DNA of 62,140 bases, the filler included, from Bonamia ostreae (Eukaryota): the NCBI GenBank assembly GCA_040357525.1. It is 28 parts of 28 records of this genome, joined end to end, with 100 filler letters (N's around TTAATTAATTAA, not from the genome) between each part and the next. Parts side by side here need not be neighbours in the genome. Positions count along the whole stretch, not along the records: positions 49,007 to 51,116 come from JBDODL010001040.1; positions 51,217 to 53,322 come from JBDODL010001041.1; positions 53,423 to 55,528 come from JBDODL010001042.1; positions 55,629 to 57,734 come from JBDODL010001043.1; positions 57,835 to 59,939 come from JBDODL010001044.1; positions 60,040 to 62,140 come from JBDODL010001045.1; 22 more parts are not named here. One strand, 5' to 3'. The translations under genes and the position numbers were made by a program. How positions within the stretch are numbered: position 1 is the stretch's first letter; the number at the start of each line of letters is the position of its first letter. Under the pieces are notes generated by a model. It was given only the letters and a program-made list of their open reading frames with translations. It ran no database searches and had not been told where the DNA came from. Below, one piece after another: positions 51,071-62,140 of the stretch.

Positions 51071-53422
51071 TTTTTCCATTTCATTATTATGGCGACGCTT
51101 TGTTTTCGAAGATATGNNNNNNNNNNNNNNNNNNNNNNNNNNNNNNNNNNNNNNNNNNNNTTAATTAATTAANNNNNNNNNNNNNNNNNNNNNNNNNNNN
51201 NNNNNNNNNNNNNNNNCTAAATATGTCCCAATACTTTCCCAGAGAGCCACGGTTTTGCAGCTAATCCAGATATAGTCTTTATTTATTTGAGTAAAGTTTG
51301 AAAAAAAATGAAGAAAAAACATTACAGGGACGAGTGATCATTATATTTTAAAGTTGGGATTTATTTTTTCTCATCCTGGACTTAGTCCGGCATTATGATC
51401 CCAGAACGTAATGCATTCCATGATTGATAGATAATTTTATTTTAATCAGCTCGACAAAATATTAATCATGCTTGCACTGACCAATTCGAACGGCTGCAAT
51501 TCCTATATAGTTACAAAATTTGTATACTGTTTACAATTTATTTTCCAAAGAACTCGATATACTACGATATTGATTTGAGACAAATATTCACCAACATATA
51601 AATGTGCATTCCAAACGTTGATAAGACATACATAGAGTAGCATAGTATACATTTGTACCTCTTGATAATATAAAACAATCCGCAATGATTGAAACTCTAA
51701 TTTCTCTAGTCATTTATCTCGTGCAATAATAATCATTTTCATCCTGAGAGTTGATTTAAATACTAGTCTTATAATATTTCTTTCAATTGGAAATAATTCT
51801 ATTTTTGATTTTGGCAAATCACGTAATACCTATACATTTATACCGCTCCTCTACTTTGGATAACCATCATCCGGTATAAACATCCGGAAATTTTGTACTC
51901 TTATTCCTTTACAAGCGGTTCTCTGAGGCTTTTTAATTATTAAGTTTGTACTCCTTACGTGTGCATTATACCGTCTGTGTGGTTAATTCCGTTTAAAGGA
52001 GTGTTCATTCCGTTATTTACTTTTCAACTGAATTATTTCTTTGTGAATAGATTCTGCTAAATTATAACAAAATCTGATCCGCGTCTATGTGAATTGTTTC
52101 AAATGGACGGGTCTTCGTTAATGTACATCATGCACAATCACAAATCGTTGATTGTGAAATATTTAACTGGTTCTGCAATACTAGGAATGAGAGACAATTC
52201 AATTAATACATTGAAGACGACAAATTCATGAGTAAGAGGAATTATTTTGATGAAAGGAAAAGTTATGGAGGTGAGTCCTTTTCTCAATTTGACTGTACAT
52301 GTCTGAAATTATTAATGCATTATTCCTCAGACCCATTAAAATGTATCAGCTCAGTCGATCTATTCGGCACTTCACGTTTCCGCATGGCTTCTTTTGCGAC
52401 TACTCTTGCCACGACTTGCATGTAACATATTTATAGAGTGTAAAACATGCTTTGTAAGTCGTATCCAAGTTATAGTTAACTATAGATCCAAAATCAAGTG
52501 GAAGATACTGATACGGTGTGTACAGATAGAAGGTGACACGGCTGACACTAGTCCTAAATTAACAATGGTATACAAATTCGTTACAAAATTATGATTCATT
52601 CATTCACTTAACATGCGACCGACAAAGAAAAAAAATGTACGAATGACGAGTTCTTTTCAAATTTCAAAGACAAACAAATAATATTGATACCTGGTTGCAA
52701 AAGCAGTCGCAAAACAATCAAAGACTACGTTGTTACATCAGTAGAATCTAATTTTTTCGAGCCTAAGACATACTTAGTGTCATCAAGTAGCGATGATTGT
52801 CAGCCTCATACGTGTAGGCGCAAATTCTGTTGCCTCCGATTTCTAGGTTGAATACTGTAAATGTATCATAATTGGACAATACCACCGCTCTCTCTGTCTC
52901 ACCAGGCTAGTATTCAAACGTTTATTATCGCCTCGATATTCATTGTAAAAGGGGATTTAGCAACGGGTCCGTTCATGTGTGGTTGTGTGTATGCATAAAA
53001 CACTGATCTTGTAGACATTCCACAGGACACATTTTTGTGCCATATGAGAGGATGAACACTATTGATTTTGGTAAACGGTCAAAGTACCATAGAAAAGCTC
53101 GCATACACTCTAAAGTCTACGTTTAATTTTTGTCCATTGATTTTTAACTTTTGTATCAATAGAAGAAGAATCGTATTGCTTTTGGGGTCGAAAGGTCAAA
53201 GACCAGGGTCACTACGGGATTTCATTGAGAAAGCTTGGAGACAGTCTGCAGGCCACCTATGTTTCTCGATTAAGGTGATACGTCACATGTAACTTTGTGA
53301 TCAAAAGAGGACGAACCGGAGGNNNNNNNNNNNNNNNNNNNNNNNNNNNNNNNNNNNNNNNNNNNNTTAATTAATTAANNNNNNNNNNNNNNNNNNNNNN
53401 NNNNNNNNNNNNNNNNNNNNNN

Positions 53423-55427
53423 TTTTGAGTGGATTCTACTCGCTTAAATATTGCAATGATTTTGCAGTCGTTGAATTGTCGCAACGCCGCGAAAACTTCG
53501 CACGCGCTCGAGCGCACTTCGGATGCTCCGTCAGCGAACATTTTCACAGTAAGTTCTGCCAAACTTTCTCTGTTCTTCGCAATTACCTTCTCGCTAGAAC
53601 TATTTTTGATCGTTTCGGCTATCCACAAAAGTGTGCATTTTCTCACTTTTGGCGATTTGTTCTGCAGAGCTTTTTCGACCGACGCAAACACTTCGTCCAA
53701 AGTTACAGACTTTGTATTTTCGAAACAAAAACGTTTTCTATAAACGAACTCAACGCCTCGAAGCAGCTCTCTTCGAGAGTTCTTTTTTTGTCTTTGAATT
53801 TGAGCAGAATCGGTAAACAGAAAAGTTTTGCGAACGGAGAAAAGTTTCTGCCCATTCCCTTTGAAAGAGGCGGGAAGACTTTGAGCGCGAAAATGACTGT
53901 GTTGACATTTGGATCTTTGAGCAACTTTGAGATGGCGTCGAAAAAGAGATTTTCTTCGAAATGCTTTTTGATTCCGCCATTCTCCGCTTGGCTGCTTCTC
54001 TCAATTACTTTGGACAACATTTCCTTTTTTTCTTGCCATTTTCCGGACAAAAGTTTTTCTGTCCAGTCTGGTCCCATTCCCAATTCCGAGAAAAGGTCAA
54101 TTTCCGGCACAGAAATTTTAACTTTTATTTTTTCAGTTTGTTGCGAAGAATTTTCGATTTTTTCGATTTGATCGATTTTGATTTGATCGATTTCTGATTT
54201 GATCGATTTTATTTGCAGTTCTCTTCAATGTTTTAGAATTAACTTTAATTTTTTCATATTTTTCAAGTTTAGAAGATCTGAGCCGCCTTTTTTGTACATT
54301 TCGATTGCCAAAGTCATCGCGTTTTTTCTGACAAAAATGTTTGTCGACAAAAAAGCGATTTCCAGTTTTTCTTGAAAATATTTTTCGTTTATTATTTTTG
54401 TGCCGCTATGAGACATCAACTTTTACAAAATGAAATTAATAAAATTTTGAAAATATTAAATGACTTGAAAAACGTTTATTAGTAGTTGCAAACTTGAAGC
54501 AACAACAACAGGTTTTTTATCGAAAAAAATTGCCGTGACGATATTTAATATTTTTTCGAATATTTCCATGTCGCCGATTTGTCTTGCTTTGGTAACAATC
54601 ATTTCGGCAATCGATATTCCAAAACTGCAAAGTTTTGGGGACTGGAAAAGATTTTTGATTACGGATTCAAACGTTTCTTCGGCGGTAGAAACAAAAATTT
54701 CATTTGGGGCATTTTCGATAAACGTTTCAAAACAATTTTTGCCCTTTTATAAAATTTGTTGTTACCGCTTTTAGAACAAGAGGATTTGAAAATGACCCGA
54801 TTTTTGTCATTATCTTAAAATGGTTCTCAAAATTATTGGATTTATCATTTTGGAATATTTTTCTCAGTTTGTTAAATCCCTTTTTTGCGAAATTTATAAA
54901 GACGAATTTTGATTAAATTTGTAAAAATTTTGTGTTTCTTATTTTGACAATTTGATTAACTGCCAAATATGTCTATTTAAATCTAATACCATTTTATAAT
55001 TTAAGACTTTCTTAATTATACCATATTACTTTAATATTTTAAGCTTCACAAAAGTCCAAAAAACAAAAATTTTGTGCTTCAGAGATTTGCTTTCGAACAA
55101 TTCATCTATCGATAATTTGTCAAAATCGATTTCTTTCTCTTTTCCTGTCACAGAACTGACGGCGCGTTCGTAAAGAAGCAAAGCTTCGTTTTCTGGAGAT
55201 TAATTTTGTTACTTTTTTGATCTTTGCAAAATGGTTTAATTTCGTTGTCAACATTGGAATTGCTTAAAATGTTGGTTAATGTGTTCGCTGTGTTGCTAAA
55301 CTGCGGTATAGAATTCTCGTCACAGCCCATTTTCGACAACATTTTTTCATAAAAATCGGCGCCAGATCTTTAACACAATAAATTTAAACCTCGAAGAAGC
55401 TGCTATTTTTTCATTTTCAGCGCTCAT
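53423..55427 (-). CDS. XMAP215/ch-TOG (CKAP5)-like microtubule polymerase, TOG1-TOG2 region, multi-exon, 3' truncated
   Basis: KLSIDELFESKSLKHKIF|GFNKLRKIFQ (TOG1 start), then SGKWQEKKE, KDPNVNTV, LLKFKDKK, NKSPKVR and DGASEVRSSA. Micro-introns at 55368-55389, 55193-55212 and 53710-53732. Confidence 0.85.
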
Positions 55428-55701
55428 CTTTAAATAATATGATATTTTGATATCTTGCTAGTTTAGTTTTGTTCAAAAATTTTAAACAGTTTCATATATT
55501 TTGCTTTTCGCGAAATCGCTTTTTTTGTNNNNNNNNNNNNNNNNNNNNNNNNNNNNNNNNNNNNNNNNNNNNTTAATTAATTAANNNNNNNNNNNNNNNN
55601 NNNNNNNNNNNNNNNNNNNNNNNNNNNNTACGTTTAACGAAGACCTTTTCTATTTTTACAAAATATAAAATTATATTAGAAATGACTAATATGCCGAAAG
55701 C

Positions 55702-56455
55702 TTAAAAAATGTAAAAATGAACAAAAGTATTCAAAAGATCGTCATTTTCGTTTTTTTGTGTTTTTTCTCGAGTTCTCTCAAAACTTCTTTTTCTTTTAAA
55801 TTTTATTGAGAAATTTAACCTTTTGCGGTTATTAAAAAGATTTTTGTTTTCAGTTTCATTTCTAAAATCAGAACTTTCTTCTGAGTCGGTTGTAGATAAT
55901 TTGGAATCGTCATTTCTTCCAAATTTTAGATTTTCGACATTATTGCTAATTTTTTCAAATTTAGCTTTTGTTTGATTTTTTTTGCGCTTCCATTCGTTGT
56001 AATCGACAAAAAGTTCTGCGAACGTTATCAAATAGCTTTTGAAGCCGTTTCTGATAAATGAACATGTTTTTAATGAAACTTGTTATACGGGATTTTGGTG
56101 AGAGCTAGTTTGACATCTTCTTCACAACGACGTTCTTTGCCAAAAGATAACAGCATTTGACGAGATGAGAGCAATTTGTCAATACTAAATTCGCTCATTT
56201 TGCAGAAATTGTTCGTTTTTTCAACAATCCGCTTTAATATCAATTCCCTCTGTTATTGTCAAAAGTTTGATTTGAAATTTAACAGTTTTTAAATTTAATT
56301 GGATTTTTGCAGTTTTTAAATTTAAATTAAGTAATTTTTAATTTGGAATTGCTTATTTGGAATTAATATTTAGTGTTTCAGTTAACGTCTTCTTCTTGCA
56401 GAGATTCAAGTAAAAGATGTGTAAATTTGATATAAGAGTTTGTAGTTTCCTCCAT
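55702..56455 (-). CDS. Hypothetical protein, multi-exon
   Basis: ATG at 56455. Exons join in frame via GTTAAC..CAG and GTTTCA..CAG introns; no recognisable motif. Confidence 0.45.
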
Positions 56456-56692
56456 TTCTATAAATCAAAAAGCTTTTAGTTTTAGTTTTATTTTATTGTA
56501 AAACTTAATATTCAAATATGTTTTATTTAGTTTGTTTATTATATAAAAATCTAATTTTTAGCATGCAAGCTTTAATTTAGTGATCCTTTCACTGTTATTT
56601 TATATTTTGTTTAATTTGATTAGGATATGTCACCTCAAACTTCGATGACATTTTATATTCATATTTATTCAGTCTGAAGAGATCTGATAACA

Positions 56693-56900
56693 CTTTTTTA
56701 CATTTTATTAATTGATCAGTTTTAATAATCACTTTAATTTAGATTCTTTTTTACATTTTATTAATTGATCAGTTTTAACAATCACTTTAATTTTGATTCT
56801 TTTTTACATTTTATTAATTGATCAGTTTTAATAATCACTTTAATTTTGATTCTTTTTTACATTTTATTAATTGATCAGTTTTAATAATCACTTTAATTAG
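56693..56900. repeat. Four near-identical tandem copies of a 53-bp unit
   Basis: CATTTTATTAATTGATCAGTTTTAA.AATCACTTTAATT starts at 56701, 56754, 56807 and 56860. Confidence 0.95.
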
Positions 56901-56933
56901 GATTAAATTAAAAAAAATAAGTTGTTTATTAAT

Positions 56934-57352
56934 TCAAAGAGGCAAGTTTCTTAAATTCTGTATATGTCTGGCGATATGAAAAGGGGGTTCTTCAATGACG
57001 GGAGGGAAAAAATCTGCTCTGTCTGGAGCAGTGACGAACTTCATCACATATTCTTCAATGATATCGGGATCTTTGAATTTTGTGTAGAAGAGCATATGAC
57101 CTTGTTTCGAGAATACGAAAAACTTGTAAAAATTTTTGAATGCGTTAATAATTTAAAAACTGGAATGACGTTAACTCGTTTTGTCAGTTTGTCTAAATCT
57201 TAAATTTTGGTGAATGAACCTGGCATAAAATCGACATTGATAGAATAGATTGGGACATTATATTTAAGGAAGAGACTTGACAAACGATCCCTCAAAGCAA
57301 GGGAGTCTGTGTCCCAAGGCGCGTTGTAAAATAGAATATAACGATACGCCAT
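56934..57352 (-). CDS. Small thioredoxin-fold protein lacking CXXC; introns 57199-57219 and 57123-57160
   Basis: ILFYNAPWDTDS, YSINVDFMPDL and VNVIPFFVFSKQG follow the Trx pattern (F.APWC..C, ..VD....L, V..IPTF.FFK.G). Not present in the ORF track. Confidence 0.6.
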
Positions 57353-57834
57353 TTTGTTGAGCAATCTTAATTCCACTTAAAATTAGTAGTCGTTTTTTGT
57401 CAATTTAGTGGTCGCATTGATGTCAAAAAATATGATTTTTGTATTTGTAAACAAATTGCATTGTTGCCAATAATAAGAATGGGAAACAATGTTTTTTTGG
57501 TTGTACAGATCGTTTTAAATAAAAGTTGCAATGTTTTAAATCAAACAAAAACGAGTCGTTGTTATTTAAAAAAAACGTTTGTTGTTATTTTTATTAAAAA
57601 AAGAATATAAAAATAGGTTTTTGATTTCCAATTTTTTTTTTAGGTTTTATAAAAAAAAAAAATAATATAAAAAAAATTAATATTTAAATATTTTTTGTGC
57701 GGCATAGAAATTTATAAAAATTAAATTTTGTTTTNNNNNNNNNNNNNNNNNNNNNNNNNNNNNNNNNNNNNNNNNNNNTTAATTAATTAANNNNNNNNNN
57801 NNNNNNNNNNNNNNNNNNNNNNNNNNNNNNNNNN

Positions 57835-59847
57835 ATTCTCTTTTAAAATCTTCGTCTTGAACCAATCTGTTAATCTTTAACAATTTTATTATTTTTTCTT
57901 TGACTTCCAACGACAATTCGATCACCTTTACACTTTTATCATCTTCTTTTTCCGACAACGAGATCTCTTCAACTTTGGCTTCAGAAATGTTCATTGCAAG
58001 AGGTTTCCCGCGATAATCGTAAGCCAAATTAAAGTGCACTGTTTGGCCTGGATATAAATCTTCTATTTTGTGTTGTCGGTCGAAGCTCGATTCTTTTTTC
58101 AATTGTAATTTTTGTTCGAAAGTACTTGTAACAATCAATTGTAGTAAACAACAAAAAGCAAAATTTAACCGATAAATTCAACAATCGAGACGGGAACGCT
58201 TTCGTTCGAGTCGGATAATATTTGTTTTAAGTAATAAGCTTTGTAGGAGATTTCGCCTAAAGCTCTTTCGATAGAATGGTCTCCGTCTCGATCACGAGAC
58301 GGGAATATTTGGATAATTTTGCCTGTGCAAATTCCAACGTTCATAATCTTTTTTAAACTTTGTTATTTTGTTCAAATTTTATTATTTTTTGATCAAATTT
58401 TATTATTCTTACAAATTTTATTATTTTTTGATCAAATTTAGAAATTTTCGATCAAAATTTTTTATTTTCGATCAAATTTATTATTTTCGATCAAATTTTT
58501 TATTTTTTGATCAAACTTAGAAATTTTGATTATTGATAAAATTTGTAAAAATCAAATTTGACTTTTATCAAATGATTAATGTTCATTCCGTTTTGAAGAT
58601 GAACATTTGACGCAATATATCTGTTCGTAAAACTACTCCATTTTGATTCAAATCTAACGATATCACCGTGTTTAAACTTTCCCACATATTTTTCCTCGTT
58701 ATTAATAAATATCGGCTCGTCATGATCCGCCGCCTTAAAAATTTATCAATTTTATAATTTAAGAATTTTGAGTTGAACATTTTAAAAAATTTAAAATTAA
58801 CAAAAATTTCAATGTTTCTTTTCTCGCCGTAATTGTTCATAAAATCGCCGTGACCGATTCTCACAATCCCAAAGTTTGGAGACATTTCCTTGCGCAGTTT
58901 TTTGTTTTCTTCTTCTATTCTTCGCCATATAAAATTTCTCGGTCTTTCTTGAATAGTTCTAAGCTTAGCGCGTAACTGATTTATCGTCTTTTTTGCACTA
59001 TTTTTGATTATTTTTTAAAAATATTTTGAAAACTCAATTTAAAAAACACTTTAAGCTCTATGCAAATAAATGCTTAGATAGTTTACATAAAATGACATCA
59101 ACGAAAAGTTTATTATAAACAACTTTTCCAAATTACAAAATTACAAAAGCTTTATTATAATCCAAAAATAAACTATTTTGGCTGATAATCAACTACGTTC
59201 GAAAAAATGTGATTAAGCTCTTGACATTCCGGGCAGTTCGCTTTAAAGCGGTCCGCGAATTCAAAATAGAGCGAATCGATTGTTCCCAAAAGATCGGTGT
59301 CGTGTTGCGAAAAGAAATCGATTCGCTCTCGCGTTTCAGAGGAAAGACTTTTCCTCGGAATCGGAGCCTTCGGCCCAGAATAGTCGAAAGCGTCGACTGT
59401 TCGAGAGGGCATCAAAGACGGGTCCCAGCAACACCAATAAAGGTCGCCGTCTAGATCGCCTCCGCTCATTTCGTCGGAATGCGGACGAGCGCTTTGGCTG
59501 TCCGTCGGGAAAACGAGCACATCGATCAAATGCGCGTACTCGTCCCCGGGATCGACGCAAGTCAAAATTCGCATGTCGCCGGGAGAGTAACAAGGCGTTC
59601 TTCCGACAAGAATTTTGCCGCGGAGAGGGACGGTTTCCCTGTCGGCTCGCGTGGGGCAGAAGAAAACTTGGCCGTACTTGAGTTTTCCGGAGGTGTCTCT
59701 GACGCCGTGGACATTTCTAGATTTGGGCACGAAAATTCTCACTCTTTCAATTTCGTCTCTGCGGCGATGTTTGATTCCAGTCTTGAGATTTTTGGTGAAT
59801 TTTGTCAATTCTTTGATTTTCAGCGATCTCAGTCCTGTAATAACCTC
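57835..59847 (-). CDS. Cellular (RNAi-type) RNA-dependent RNA polymerase catalytic region, apparently spliced to two cold-shock/OB-like domains
   Basis: GVRDTSGKLKYGQVF, VGRTPCYSPGDMRIL, HLIDVLVFP, RPHSDEMSGGDLDGDLYWCCWD. Predicted introns 58998-59173, 58734-58801, 58348-58562 and 58093-58169 keep one frame. The RdRP call is near certain; the fusion is less so. Confidence 0.85.
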
Positions 59848-60102
59848 CTTTTGGATTTTTTATATTTTAAATTAGAAAATGTGCTTTATCAGTAACATAA
59901 AATTTTTTATATTTGAAAATATGAATATCCAAATTTGAANNNNNNNNNNNNNNNNNNNNNNNNNNNNNNNNNNNNNNNNNNNNTTAATTAATTAANNNNN
60001 NNNNNNNNNNNNNNNNNNNNNNNNNNNNNNNNNNNNNNNTAGCAATTTTCGCAATTTGAATAATAAATTAAAAAATTTTGGCATTTTAAAAAAACAAAAT
60101 AT

Positions 60103-60509
60103 TTATTTGAAAATCAAGCTTAACAGAACCCCCAAAATTAGCAACAATCCAAAAATTATAAAATAACGCCCTTTTTTAGTAATCAAAAGAGAATCGATTT
60201 TTTTGTAGATTTTTGTAAATCGCTCATTAAAAACACTCAAATTTTCTGTTGTTTTCTCGAACAATCTAAAAATTCACAAAATTTGCTTTTTACAAATTAG
60301 CTTTTCTAAATTCAGTCAAACCCTTTTTGTTCATTAATTTCCACTCCAATGTTCTCAGACATGTCGCTAAGACGTTTGACGCAATCGGTCATCGAATCTA
60401 AAATTTTGTCTTCGCCCATTAATTCAATGTTCTCCTCTTTTTCGACTTCATTCGACATATCAGACGAATCCGATAAATCAAGTTTACTGTATTTTGAATT
60501 TTGAACCAT
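60103..60509 (-). CDS. Small Qc-type SNARE (Bet1/syntaxin-6/8-like) with C-terminal TM anchor, 2 exons
   Basis: EDKILDSMTDCVKRLSDMSENIGVEINEQ SNARE motif; tail RYFIIFGLLLILGVLLSLIFK*. Confidence 0.8.
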
Positions 60510-60714
60510 TTTTAAAGCTCTATTGCAATATATCGCAACAACCTAATGTTCAACAATAAGACGATCGAACATAATAGATCTTTTTAGATGTTTTTTATAT
60601 AATAAATTAAAAATGCCAGACATTAATTATCACTATAAATGTACACAAATATTTCAAATCAGTAAAAATTTACATCATAACATTCCAATATAATAGTTTA
60701 AGCTCTTATTCTAA

Positions 60715-61198
60715 ATGGGCACAGAATATTATTTCTGTGACTACTGTTATACAAAATTTCCATCGACCACAAAAAACAGAAAACAACACTTTTCGTCAAA
60801 AAACCACAAAGAAAGACGGAAAAAATGGTACAACCAATTTTTAAGTTTTTAAAATTTTAAAAATGGCCAAATTTTTAGCCGAACAAGATATAAAATTGAT
60901 CGAACAAGCTTTTGTTAGACCGCAACAATGCCCAAAAAACACGAAAAATAACTGCGACGATCCATATTGCCTGTTTCGACACGGAGAACGTTATTCGATA
61001 AAAGAACAAGTTCGGAAAATGTGGCTCATCAGACAATTGCAGAATTCGCCAAATTTGGCCGAATGGAAACCCGTTTTGAAATTTGGTCAATTGCCCAAAA
61101 AATTTATCGAGTTTTGCAGAAATGTTGAAAACGAAGAGATTTTAGCGATTTTGGGGCGTTTTGATATTGAACATTTTATAAATTCATTTTTTTATTAA
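60715..61198 (+). CDS. ZMAT5: ZMAT5 (U11/U12 snRNP 20K)-like protein: matrin/U1C-type zinc finger + CCCH finger; intron 60845-60878
   Basis: MGTEYYFCDYC.......KNRKQHF....H......WY..F followed by C-x7-C-x4-C-x3-H. This compares with ZMAT5 MGKRYFCDYC...NRKKHL...H.....WY..F...C..C..C.F.H. Confidence 0.75.
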
Positions 61199-61200
61199 AT

Positions 61201-61992
61201 TTAATGATCGTCATCTCCGTCGCCCGGACATTCATTTTTCAGATTTTCGAAATTTGAAAACTTTCTTACGCAATAAACACAATAAAAATATTTTTTTCGC
61301 AAATGGCCGATCAAGTTTTTCATCTTTTTTAAGATTGATCAAAAGTTTAATCGAAAATGATTAAAAAAACTGAAAATAAAAGTTTGTCCAAATTCAAATT
61401 TTCCACAAAATCTTCGATTTCTCCATCCTCGGAATTTTCGTTCCATCCAATTATCTCTGCAAGATTTTCATTATCATCGCAATTTCCTAAACTCGTTCTT
61501 AAACCATCTAATATTCGAAGAAACTTCAAAAACTGCCTACTCGTTTCCGTCTTTCTGTGTTTTTCTTGCATAAGCAACCGGAAATCTTCTTTTTTGCTAT
61601 CTTCAAAAATCGTCTTTTCTGAGATGATAAAATCGGTTTTATCGTTTCGACTGAGATGGCCCAGTCCATCCTTGATCCTTTTTCTGATATAAAGAGGAAT
61701 TGGATTCTGTTTTCCCTGCTTCTGTTTGCCTAATCCTTTTCCTTCTCTTTAAATGGAGATGAAAAAACTGATATCCCATTTTTGATAAAAGTTTGTGACC
61801 GATATTCGTTTTGGGAATTTTCTTTGACAATCCTTTTATTCTGTTTTCTTCTTCAATCTTTCGAATCGATTTTTTGAAATTTTCGGCCGATTTTGTTTTT
61901 CGCCCAAATCTTTTAGCGCTTTTAGCGATTGTTCTGTCGTCGAAATTCAAGAACATGTCTGACATATAATCGATTTCCACTTTTTCAGACAT
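61201..61992 (-). CDS. GPATCH11: G-patch domain protein 11 (CCDC75)-like; 22-nt intron 61747-61768 plus a further intron
   Basis: DYMSDMFL, NIGHKLLSKMGYQ|EGKGLGK and C-terminal HLRKKYFYCVYC...L..ECPGD....H*. Confidence 0.85.
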
Positions 61993-62140
61993 TTTCCGAC
62001 AATTAACTAACGATTTAAAATATAATTAAAAGTTTTCCGCGGTTTATTGGATTTTGTTAAAATTCGTAAACTTTTAAAATGAGAGTTTTAAATGTTGCGG
62101 AAAAGCCGTCTGTAGCGAAATCCGTTTCTTCGATTCTCAG

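Larger units (their letters stand above)
1..62140. other. Concatenation of 28 contigs joined by 27 artificial 100-nt spacers (N-run + TTAATTAATTAA + N-run), e.g. 2145-2244, 4389-4488 ... 59940-60039
   Basis: An identical spacer occurs every ~2.2 kb. The linker carries stop codons in all frames, and contig lengths decrease monotonically from 2144 to 2101 bp. Confidence 0.98.

Noticed and set aside
51217-53322. Short ORFs in this contig (also 44583-46695)
   Set aside because: No motifs or exon support; appears to be non-coding host DNA with repeat remnants.
56693-56900. CRISPR-like array (also 11790-12066)
   Set aside because: Units are directly adjacent without unique spacers, there are no cas genes, and the context is eukaryotic.
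13458-59847. Gene cluster/operon linking RdRP, SMCHD1-like and LINE
   Set aside because: They lie on separate contigs ordered only by length, so adjacency has no biological meaning.

Overview
This window is not one locus. It is 28 unrelated short eukaryotic contigs (about 2144 down to 2101 bp, sorted by decreasing length) joined by artificial 100-nt N...TTAATTAATTAA...N spacers. Two genome styles are mixed. (1) A gene-dense, AT-rich protist-like genome with very short GT-AG introns (mostly 19-27 nt), U-rich donors (GTTT...) and often A-rich acceptors. It encodes LSG1, an ENT-like transporter, ArfGAP-2xPH, an SMCHD1-like ATPase region, ARM and RCC1 repeat proteins, PRIM2, NLE1, RPB3, a sushi-domain surface protein, DNAJB, eIF3i, PRP28-like, SLY1, ZNHIT2, XMAP215, a thioredoxin-fold protein, a cellular RdRP apparently fused to cold-shock-like domains, a SNARE, ZMAT5 and GPATCH11. 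A LINE family (one intact fragment, one decayed copy) is probably also from this genome. (2) Gene-sparse animal DNA with canonical GTRAG-type introns, a tRNA-derived SINE family and oyster-type gene families. The best-fitting interpretation, which is inference and not proven here, is a bivalve-infecting protist such as a haplosporidian (Bonamia-like) co-assembled with oyster host DNA. All gene models were spliced by hand and need RNA-seq confirmation. Highlights are the unusual intron grammar, the RdRP-CSD fusion, the protist SMCHD1 homolog, a minor-spliceosome protein, an AGCT motif upstream of start codons, and a host Trp-rich cyclic-peptide/EF-hand precursor.
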